From an uncultured Lachnospiraceae bacterium (GTDB taxonomy: Bacteria; Bacillota; Clostridia; Oscillospirales; CAG-272), in NCBI GenBank assembly GCA_964445865.1, contig CAYULZ010000001.1:1-42635 (forward strand): a stretch of DNA of 42,635 bases, in the 5' to 3' direction. Both the position numbers and the translations under genes were made by a program. The notes below the pieces were generated by a model that was not told the DNA's origin, ran no database searches, and saw only the letters and a list, made by a program, of their open reading frames with translations. Positions within the stretch are counted from its first letter, which is position 1, and each line of letters opens with the position of its first letter. Of this stretch, positions 25,467 through 32,777 are shown piece after piece.

Positions 25467-28400
25467 ATGGAACAGCATATTACATATTCGTTGGGAATCG
25501 ATATCGGTTCTACGACGGTCAAGACCGTTTTGCGAAGGGGCGAGACGGTGATCTATGAAAAATACGAGCGCCATATGTCGCGCGTGCGCCTCAAGACGCT
25601 TGAGCTGCTCGAGGAAATCTACCCCTTGGTCGGAGACGAGCCCGTTGCCGTTGCGCTTTCCGGCTCGGCGGGACTCGGACTTGCCGAGGCCTGTGACGTC
25701 CCCTTCGTACAGGAGGTCTTTGCCACGGGCGAGGTCGTCAAGGCGCTTGAGCCCGACGCGTCGGCGGTCATTGAGCTTGGCGGCGAGGACGCGAAGATCA
25801 TTTTCTTCGAGGGCGGAACCGACGAGCGAATGAATGGCACCTGTGCCGGTGGTACGGGCGCGTTCATCGACCAGATGGCAACGCTTCTAAACGTGACGGC
25901 TGACGAGATGGATGCGCTCAGCCTGGCCCATACACGCATTTATCCCATTGCCTCGCGGTGCGGCGTGTTTGCTAAAACCGACATTCAGCCCCTGCTCAAT
26001 CAGGGCGCGAAGAAGGAGGACGTCGCGGCGAGTATCTATCAGGCGGTGGTTAACCAGACGATCGCGGGACTTGCGCAGGGAAGGGCCATTCGCGGGAAAG
26101 TGCTTTTTTTGGGCGGCCCGCTCTACTACTGTCACGGTCTGCGTGACCGCTTCAAGGAGACCTTGAAGCTTTCGGACGAGGAGGCGATCTTTCCTGAATA
26201 CGGCCGCTTTGCCGTTGCGCTCGGCGCATCGGTCTATGCGGCAAAGCTCGGCGAGACGGTCACGCTTGCCGTGCTCTCCGAGCGCATTCGTCGCAGTCTG
26301 ACGGTGACCGTGAACAACGGTCGTCTGCCGCCGCTCTTTGCCAATATGGACGAGTACGAGCAGTTTCGCGCGCGTCACGCGGCGGCGAGCGTGCCCTACG
26401 GCGATCTTGCCACTTATCGCGGCCGTGCGTATATCGGTATCGATTGCGGTAGTACCACGACGAAGATGGTTCTGCTCTCCGAGAAAAAAGAAATTCTGTA
26501 TTCTTATTACAGCTCGAATCGCGGCAATCCCGTGCCGATCGTGCGCGAGCGTTTGCTTGAAATTTATCGCTTGTGCGGCGACCGCGTCACAATTGCGGGT
26601 AGCGCCGTGACGGGCTATGGCGAGGAGCTGATCCGAAACGCCTTTGGCGTTGACCTTGGCGTGGTCGAAACGATCGCGCACTATACCGCGGCCAAGCATT
26701 TTCTGCCGGAGGTCGATTTCATTCTCGACATCGGCGGACAGGATATCAAGTGCTTCCGCATTCGGAACGGTGCGATCGACAGCATCATGCTCAACGAGGC
26801 TTGCTCGTCGGGCTGTGGCTCGTTCATCGAGACCTTTGCCCGTTCCATGGGCTATTCGATCGAGGATTTTGCCCGTAAGGGTCTGACGAGCGGCGCGCCC
26901 GTCAACCTCGGAAGCCGCTGTACTGTCTTTATGAATTCCTCGGTCAAGCAGTCCCAACGCGACGGCGCGACGGTCGAGGATATCTCCGCGGGCCTTTCGG
27001 TCAGTGTGGTGAAGAACGCGATCTATAAGGTCATTCGTGCGGGAAGTGCCGACGAGCTCGGCGAGCATATCGTCGTGCAGGGCGGTACCTTCTATAACGA
27101 CGCGGTGCTTCGTGCCTTCGAGCAGGAGCTTGGAAAGCCCGTTATTCGTCCCGCGATCGCGGGGCTTATGGGCGCATACGGTGCGGCGCTGTATGCCATG
27201 CGCGGCACGGAGAGCACGCTGCTCGCGCCCGAGGCGCTCGAGAGCTTTACGCACGTATCGCGCTCGGCGATCTGTCAGGGCTGCACGAACCATTGTCACC
27301 TGACGGTCAACGTCTTCAACGATAACAAGAAATTCATTTCGGGCAACCAGTGCGAGAAGGGACTCGGTCTGTCCACGGGCGCTGCGGAGATCCCCAATCT
27401 TCACGCCTTTAAGCGCGCCGCGCTGACAGCTCCTGTTGAAACGAAGGGAACGCCCGTACGCGGAAAAATCGGTCTGCCACTGTCGCTTGGCATGTATGAG
27501 CTGCTACCGCTGTGGCGTACGCTCTTCTCTGAGCTTGGCTTTACGGTCGTGGTCTCGGATATGTCCACGAAGCGCACGTACGACAAGGGGCAGTTCTCGA
27601 TCCCCTCAGATACGGCTTGTTATCCTGCAAAGCTGATGCACGGCCACATCGAGGAGCTGATCGAAAAGGGCGTGGACGCCGTCTTTTATCCCTGCCTCTC
27701 TTATAATATCGACGAGGGCGCGGCGGACAACTGCTATAACTGTCCCGTCGTTGCTTACTATTCCGAGCTTCTCGCGGGCAATATGGAGTCACTTGCGCGG
27801 GTAAAATTCCTCTATCCGTATCTGAATATCAACGACCGCGGCGAGCTCGTGCGCGGCCTGTACGAGTATCTTTCGCCTCGCTACGAGGGAATGACGCGCA
27901 GTGAGATCCGACGCGCTGTCAAGGAAGCCTTTGCGGCGTACGAGTCCTATATGGACAGCGTGCGCAAGGAGGGCGAGCGTGCCGTTGCGTGGGCCCGTGA
28001 GAACGGCCGCCGCATTATGGTGCTGGCGGGACGCCCCTATCACGCCGACGCCGAGATCGGTCACGGCATCGATAAGCTTGCTACCTCGCTCGGCTTTGCC
28101 GTTGTCAGTGAGGACAGCATCGCGCACCTTGCCGAGCGGCAGCCCGTACGCGTGCTCAATCAGTGGACGTATCACGCGCGTCTCTACCGTGCGGCTCGCT
28201 TTGCCGCTGAGAATCGGGACGTCGAGCTGGTTCAGCTCGTTTCCTTCGGCTGTGGCGTTGACGCGATCACGACCGACGAGGTGCGTGCGATCCTTGAGAG
28301 AAACGGAAAGTTTTATACCCAGATCAAAATCGACGAGATCACCAATCTCGGTGCCGTCAAGATCCGCTTGCGCAGTCTGATCGGCGCGCTTGAGCAGTAA
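25467..28400 (+). CDS. Acyl-CoA dehydratase activase-related protein: two BcrAD/BadFG/HgdC-type ATPase domains plus a dehydratase-like C-domain (977 aa)
   Basis: Two actin-fold ATPase starts, LGIDIGSTTVKTVL and IGIDCGSTTTKMVL, each followed by ELGGEDAK / DIGGQDIK. Cys cluster SAICQGCTNHCHLTV. C-terminal ~330 aa is DUF2229/HgdB-like. Confidence 0.8.
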   Translation: MEQHITYSLGIDIGSTTVKTVLRRGETVIYEKYERHMSRVRLKTLELLEEIYPLVGDEPVAVALSGSAGLGLAEACDVPFVQEVFATGEVVKALEPDASAVIELGGEDAKIIFFEGGTDERMNGTCAGGTGAFIDQMATLLNVTADEMDALSLAHTRIYPIASRCGVFAKTDIQPLLNQGAKKEDVAASIYQAVVNQTIAGLAQGRAIRGKVLFLGGPLYYCHGLRDRFKETLKLSDEEAIFPEYGRFAVALGASVYAAKLGETVTLAVLSERIRRSLTVTVNNGRLPPLFANMDEYEQFRARHAAASVPYGDLATYRGRAYIGIDCGSTTTKMVLLSEKKEILYSYYSSNRGNPVPIVRERLLEIYRLCGDRVTIAGSAVTGYGEELIRNAFGVDLGVVETIAHYTAAKHFLPEVDFILDIGGQDIKCFRIRNGAIDSIMLNEACSSGCGSFIETFARSMGYSIEDFARKGLTSGAPVNLGSRCTVFMNSSVKQSQRDGATVEDISAGLSVSVVKNAIYKVIRAGSADELGEHIVVQGGTFYNDAVLRAFEQELGKPVIRPAIAGLMGAYGAALYAMRGTESTLLAPEALESFTHVSRSAICQGCTNHCHLTVNVFNDNKKFISGNQCEKGLGLSTGAAEIPNLHAFKRAALTAPVETKGTPVRGKIGLPLSLGMYELLPLWRTLFSELGFTVVVSDMSTKRTYDKGQFSIPSDTACYPAKLMHGHIEELIEKGVDAVFYPCLSYNIDEGAADNCYNCPVVAYYSELLAGNMESLARVKFLYPYLNINDRGELVRGLYEYLSPRYEGMTRSEIRRAVKEAFAAYESYMDSVRKEGERAVAWARENGRRIMVLAGRPYHADAEIGHGIDKLATSLGFAVVSEDSIAHLAERQPVRVLNQWTYHARLYRAARFAAENRDVELVQLVSFGCGVDAITTDEVRAILERNGKFYTQIKIDEITNLGAVKIRLRSLIGALEQ

Positions 28401-28411
28401 AGGAGGATATC

Positions 28412-29695
28412 ATGGCATACGAACCGATACTCTTTACCGAGGAAATGAAAAAGGACTATACCATACTGATCCCCAACATGCTTCCCATGCATTTTACGCT
28501 CATTTCGAAGGTCTTTCAGAATTACGGCTTCCACACCGAGCTTTTGCTTACGCAGGGTCAGCACATCAAGGAAACGGGACTCAAATACACGCACAATGAC
28601 ACCTGTTATCCCGCGATCCTCGTCATCGGACAGTTCATCGACGCGTTGCAGAGCGGCAAATACGATCCGCATAAAACGGCGCTGATCATGTTCCAGACGG
28701 GCGGCGGCTGTCGCGCATCGAATTATATTCACCTGATCCGCAAGGCGCTTGAGAAGGCGGGCTTCGGTTACGTGCCCGTGATCTCGCTGAGCACGGCGGG
28801 ACTCGAGAAGCACCCCGGCTTCCGGCTCTCGCTTGGCGTGTGGCACCGACTCATTTATGCAATTCTGTACGGTGATCTGTTGATGCTTCTTCGCAATCAG
28901 TGCCGCTCGTACGAGCTGAAAAAGGGCCAGAGTGCCGAGCTCGCGCAGCGCTGGGTCGACCGCCTCGCCAAGGAAATGAGCGAGGGACGGATCTCTTACC
29001 GTAAGGTCAAGGAGAATTATCGCCGTATTATCAAGGATTTTGAACGCATTCCGCGCAGAGAGGAAAATCGTCCGCGTGTCGGCATCGTGGGTGAGATCTA
29101 CGTGAAGTATTCGCCGCTTGCCAACAACGATCTGGAGGAATTCCTCGTGCGCGAGGGGGCCGAGGTCGTCGTCCCCGGACTGCTCGATTTCTGTCTTTAC
29201 TGTGTGTATAACTATCTGGTGGATCGCGAGCTCTACGGTATGGGCAAGAAGGTCTATCCCGCCATGAAATCGGCATATAAGTTTTTGCTCGGCAAGCAGG
29301 CCGACATCATTCGCGCGGTGAAGGAGTCTGACTCCTTCTTCGCACCGACGCCCTTTGAGCATACGGTTTCGCTGACGCAGGGCTACATCGGTCGCGGCGC
29401 CAAGATGGGCGAGGGGTGGCTTCTGACGGCCGAGATGCTTGAGCTTGGCGGCGAGGGTGTAAAGAATATTGTTTGCGCTCAGCCCTTCGGTTGTCTGCCC
29501 AACCACATTTGCGGCAAGGGCATGATGAAGCCGATCAAGGAGAAAAATCCCGACATTAACATCGTGGCCATCGATTATGACGCCGGCGCAACGGCGGTCA
29601 ACCAGGAGAACCGCATCAAGCTGATGCTGGCAAACAGCCGGGATCAAAAAATGACTTTGAAGGAAGAAAAGGACGCCGATGAGGTTACTGTTTAA
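28412..29695 (+). CDS. 2-hydroxyacyl-CoA dehydratase-family (HgdB/DUF2229-like) protein
   Basis: RBS AAAGGAGG. ...YTHNDTCYPAILVIGQFIDAL...FQTGGGCRASNYIHLIRKAL...GEIYVKYSP...VCAQPFGCLPNHI. Confidence 0.75.
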   Translation: MAYEPILFTEEMKKDYTILIPNMLPMHFTLISKVFQNYGFHTELLLTQGQHIKETGLKYTHNDTCYPAILVIGQFIDALQSGKYDPHKTALIMFQTGGGCRASNYIHLIRKALEKAGFGYVPVISLSTAGLEKHPGFRLSLGVWHRLIYAILYGDLLMLLRNQCRSYELKKGQSAELAQRWVDRLAKEMSEGRISYRKVKENYRRIIKDFERIPRREENRPRVGIVGEIYVKYSPLANNDLEEFLVREGAEVVVPGLLDFCLYCVYNYLVDRELYGMGKKVYPAMKSAYKFLLGKQADIIRAVKESDSFFAPTPFEHTVSLTQGYIGRGAKMGEGWLLTAEMLELGGEGVKNIVCAQPFGCLPNHICGKGMMKPIKEKNPDINIVAIDYDAGATAVNQENRIKLMLANSRDQKMTLKEEKDADEVTV

Positions 29696-30149
29696 GCAAA
29701 GAATGTTTTCGTGGTTTGACAGCTACGATATTTACGACGAGGCAGGGAATACCGTGTTCTACGTCAAGGGCGCGATGGCATGGGGACATCTGCTTCGCAT
29801 TTACGATACGAACGATCGGGAGGTCGGACGCATTCAGCAAAAAGTTTTCAGCTTTTTGCCGTGCTTTGAGCTGTATGCAGGCGATACTCTGCTTGGTACG
29901 ATCCGTAAGGAATTTTCTTGGTTCCGCCCCCATTTTTCCATGGATTTCAATGGCTGGCAGGTTGACGGCACATGGTGGGAATGGGATTACAACATTCGCG
30001 ACGCCTATGGCGGACTCGTCGCCATCATCTCGAAGGAAGCCTTTCAGTGGACGGATACCTATGCGATCGACGTCTACAACAAGGAAAATGCGGTGTACGC
30101 GCTGATGGTCGTGCTGGCCATCGATGCGGAAAAGTGCTCTCGTGGCTGA
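29679..30149 (+). CDS. LURP-one-related / YxjI (tubby C-terminal-like, DUF567) protein
   Basis: MRLLFKQRMFSWFDSYDIYDEAGNTVFYVKG...FELYAGDTLLGTIRKEF...WEWDYNIRD...ISKEAFQWTDTYAIDV. The start overlaps the upstream stop by 17 nt. Confidence 0.7.
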   Translation: MRLLFKQRMFSWFDSYDIYDEAGNTVFYVKGAMAWGHLLRIYDTNDREVGRIQQKVFSFLPCFELYAGDTLLGTIRKEFSWFRPHFSMDFNGWQVDGTWWEWDYNIRDAYGGLVAIISKEAFQWTDTYAIDVYNKENAVYALMVVLAIDAEKCSRG

Positions 30150-30186
30150 CGACACGGAAAAGAAAAACAGAGAACGACAAAAAATA

Positions 30187-30215
30187 CTTGATTTTGCGAC
30201 GCGCTTATGATACAA
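30187..30215 (+). promoter_or_regulatory. Promoter of smpB
   Basis: TTGATT (30187-30192), 17-nt spacer, TACAAT (30210-30215). Confidence 0.6.
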
Positions 30216-30251
30216 TAATAACGCAGAGATCATCGGGAAAGGAGTGCGCAT

Positions 30252-30734
30252 ATGGCAGAGAAAAAGCTGTCCTCGCGGGTCATTGCCCAGAATAAAAAAG
30301 CGTGGCACGATTATTTTGTGGACGAAAAATACGAAGCCGGTATCGCGCTGTTCGGTACTGAGGTCAAACGCATTCGGCAGGGTGCCGTCAATCTGCAGGA
30401 TTCCTATTGCTCCTTCAAGAACGGCGAGCTCTTTGCACTCGGTATTCATATCAGTCCCTACGAGAAGGGAAACATCTTCAATCGCGAGCCGCGCCGCGAC
30501 CGCAAGCTCCTGATGCATAAGCGGGAGATTATGAAGCTCGGCGGCCTCGTGACGCAGAAGGGATACACGCTGATCCCGCTTTCTCTGTACTTTTCGGGAA
30601 AGAACGTCAAGGTTGAGATCGGCCTGTGCCGCGGTAAAAAGCTGTATGACAAGCGCGACTCGACGGCCGCACGTGAGGCTGACCGCGAGATGGATCGACG
30701 CATGAAGGATCGCTCGCATTCGTATGACGACTGA
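30252..30734 (+). CDS. smpB: SsrA-binding protein SmpB
   Basis: ...IAQNKKAWHDYFVDEKYEAGIALFGTEVKRIRQG...LGIHISPYEKGNIFNREPRRDRKLLMHKREI...KLYDKRD. Confidence 0.95.
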   Translation: MAEKKLSSRVIAQNKKAWHDYFVDEKYEAGIALFGTEVKRIRQGAVNLQDSYCSFKNGELFALGIHISPYEKGNIFNREPRRDRKLLMHKREIMKLGGLVTQKGYTLIPLSLYFSGKNVKVEIGLCRGKKLYDKRDSTAAREADREMDRRMKDRSHSYDD

Positions 30735-30745
30735 GGGGGAATGCC

Positions 30746-31630
30746 ATGACAGATTATGCAAGACGGTTTATGCTCGAAATCGGCTTCGAGACCGAGGCCA
30801 TCGAGGCGCTTTGCACCGACCTCGCAACGATTTTTGCGTGCGAGGAGGCAAAGCACGCGCTTTGTGAGGCGGTGGCCGCCTACGAGGCCAATATGGATAC
30901 CGATTTTCACGCGCTTCTTGACCGCGCAACGGCGGCCGGTGAGCGGGTGGGTGTGCATGCTTACAGCGCGCAGATGCTCCTTTTCGTTCTGATGTCCCGC
31001 CATTTGCGAACGTGCTACGAAAGGGAAGGCATCGATGATGCGATCTTTCTTGACAGCATGTCCGATCTGAAATGGAAGCTTTGGGAGTGCAAGCTGCTTC
31101 ATGGATTTTACGGTAACGGTTCGGGATCGTGGAATGCACTGTTCTTCCAAATGAAGCTTTTTGCCCTCGGACGCCTGCAGTTTGAGATCCGCCCGTTTCG
31201 ACGCACCTATGAAAAGAACGGCAAGCGCCTCGAGCCGACCTCTCTGGTGCTCGGCGTGCATATTCCGCGCACGCTGACACCGTTCAGTCAGGAGAATTGC
31301 GACGAGTCGTTCGCGAGAGCAAAGACGTTTTTCGAAGGACATCTCGGTGACGCACCGACGGCGTTCGTATGTAACAGTTGGATCTTGTTTCCCGAGCATG
31401 AGAAGATTTTGCACGAGAAGTCCAATATCCGTAAGTTCATGTCGCGCTTTGATATTACGGAGAGTAAGTACGCAGAAGGTTATGACGGACTGTGGAGGGT
31501 GTTCGATATGGAATATACGGGAAATATAGAGGATTTTCCCGAGGATACCTTCCTGCAAAAGGCGTATAAGGATCATCTGCGCCGCGGCGGGAAAACGGGA
31601 AGTGGATTCGGCGTATTTTTTGCGGAATAA
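30746..31630 (+). CDS. Acyltransferase-domain protein (DUF5596 N-terminal plus GNAT-like C-terminal family)
   Basis: 294 aa, backbone-like composition. The family assignment is memory-based only, from MTDYARRFMLEIGFETEAIEAL...LFALGRLQFEIRPF...VLGVHIPR. Confidence 0.55.
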   Translation: MTDYARRFMLEIGFETEAIEALCTDLATIFACEEAKHALCEAVAAYEANMDTDFHALLDRATAAGERVGVHAYSAQMLLFVLMSRHLRTCYEREGIDDAIFLDSMSDLKWKLWECKLLHGFYGNGSGSWNALFFQMKLFALGRLQFEIRPFRRTYEKNGKRLEPTSLVLGVHIPRTLTPFSQENCDESFARAKTFFEGHLGDAPTAFVCNSWILFPEHEKILHEKSNIRKFMSRFDITESKYAEGYDGLWRVFDMEYTGNIEDFPEDTFLQKAYKDHLRRGGKTGSGFGVFFAE

Positions 31631-31675
31631 TAGGGAATCATACGGGGGAATTCTCCCCGATGAGATAAATCAAAA

Positions 31676-32044
31676 GGGCCCGTAAAGGTTTCGACGGGGA
31701 TTTTGAGGTATGATAAGCGGGTAGAGCCGGGCAATCTCTGAAAAGGCCCAACCTTAAAATTAAACGCTAACGATAGAAACGTTGCATTGGCTGCCTAACG
31801 GCAGTGCTGTGGCATAAGCCACCCGTTCCTCCGAGGAGTATCGCGGCCTCGGACTGAGCGTCAAGTAAGCGGTGAACGTGCGTCGGCCTTTCGCCATTGA
31901 GCCGACCACGCAGAAAATGGCTACCCAAGCGAGCAGCATGTCCGTTTGCGGCTCGTAAGGGGAATTTCAAAGGACGGACTGCACCCGGAGAAGGTCATAT
32001 CAAGAGGTTTTCGGACAGGGGTTCGACTCCCCTCGGGTCCACCA
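31676..32044 (+). ncRNA. ssrA: tmRNA (SsrA)
   Basis: 5' end GGGCCCGTAAAGGTTTCGACGGGG. 3' end GGACAGGGGTTCGACTCCCCTCGGGTCCACCA. The acceptor stem GGGCCCG/CGGGTCC contains the G3:U70 alanine identity pair. There is an internal tag reading frame, and smpB lies just upstream. Confidence 0.92.
31766..31798 (+). other. tmRNA tag-peptide reading frame, predicted tag (A)ANDRNVALAA
   Basis: GCT AAC GAT AGA AAC GTT GCA TTG GCT GCC TAA. The C-terminal ALAA is typical of proteolysis tags. The resume codon is assigned by eye. Confidence 0.6.
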
Positions 32045-32076
32045 CTCATTAACACGTAACGTGTTATATACCAAAA

Positions 32077-32122
32077 AACACCGTCATGGCTAAGATTTCC
32101 TTGCTATGACGGTGTTCGTCTT
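32077..32122 (+). terminator. Hairpin/terminator downstream of ssrA
   Basis: 11-bp stem AACACCGTCAT/ATGACGGTGTT with an 18-nt loop. It is preceded by the palindrome AACACGT-A-ACGTGTT (32051-32065). Confidence 0.5.
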
Positions 32123-32274
32123 GTGATGAGCAGTCAATCCATACTCCGATGAATTTAGCCCCTTTTGCTATGTATCGAGTCGCCAAAGGCGGTGCGTAGC
32201 CGTGATGTCAAGGAAATCCTAAAATGAGACTTTTTTGCAAAAAATAACGCAAAAAGACAACAAAATCATAGAAA

Positions 32275-32315
32275 GGAAACAAGCGTCAGCGGAGTGACGC
32301 TTGTTTCCTTTGCTT
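32275..32315. terminator. Strong hairpin, T/A-runs on both sides (bidirectional terminator-like)
   Basis: Perfect 14-bp stem GGAAACAAGCGTCA/TGACGCTTGTTTCC with loop GCGGAG, followed by TTTGCTTTC. Confidence 0.65.
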
Positions 32316-32331
32316 TCATAAAATTGGATAG

Positions 32332-32368
32332 CCGTATTACCATAGTTCAAGGTAATACGGCGTTTTTT
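32332..32368 (+). terminator. Intrinsic terminator
   Basis: CCGTATTACC-ATAGTTCAA-GGTAATACGG followed by CGTTTTTTGTG. Confidence 0.7.
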
Positions 32369-32416
32369 GTGCTTTCTCAAATATATATCCTACCTCAAAC
32401 GAAAAGGAGGAAAATC

Positions 32417-32749
32417 ATGGACAAATGCAAGGAAAATGGGATTTTACTTGTCCATGACAACGTGGTAAAATGTGACGAGGAGGTGGACATTTTGAAAAAA
32501 GAGGTCGAATTATACAATGATATTTATAAAGAAATATCGGAAATAGTAGGACTTGAAGCGACGCTAAAAATTTATCTGCGATTCAAAGGGCAACAAATAT
32601 CATTCCCTGTCCGCCTGTATAGTCCGCATCTCATTCAGCAGAATGTTATCAAGGAGTATGACGGTACTAACGTAGCAGAATTGGCTCAAAAGTACGACTA
32701 TAGCGAGAAGACTATAAGACGGATGATAAAGGACTCGCTTGAAGATTAA
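32417..32749 (+). CDS. Mor-family (phage Mu middle operon regulator-like) transcriptional activator, 110 aa
   Basis: ATG 32417 behind AAAGGAGG; the ORF-track start at 32294 lies inside the terminator hairpins. ...IVGLEATLKIYLRFKGQQISFPVRLY...IKEYDGTNVAELAQKYDYSEKTIRRMIK gives a C-terminal HTH in the Mor pattern. Confidence 0.65.
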   Translation: MDKCKENGILLVHDNVVKCDEEVDILKKEVELYNDIYKEISEIVGLEATLKIYLRFKGQQISFPVRLYSPHLIQQNVIKEYDGTNVAELAQKYDYSEKTIRRMIKDSLED

Positions 32750-32777
32750 CAAAATACAAATGTATAGGAGAAAGACA

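Noticed and set aside
32219-32269. 16-aa hydrophobic minus-strand peptide (MILLSFCVIFCKKVSF) as a possible type I toxin next to the strong hairpins.
   Set aside because: It is too short for known type I toxins, has no Shine-Dalgarno sequence, and shows no obvious antisense RNA arrangement. It is most likely a chance ORF in AT-rich DNA.
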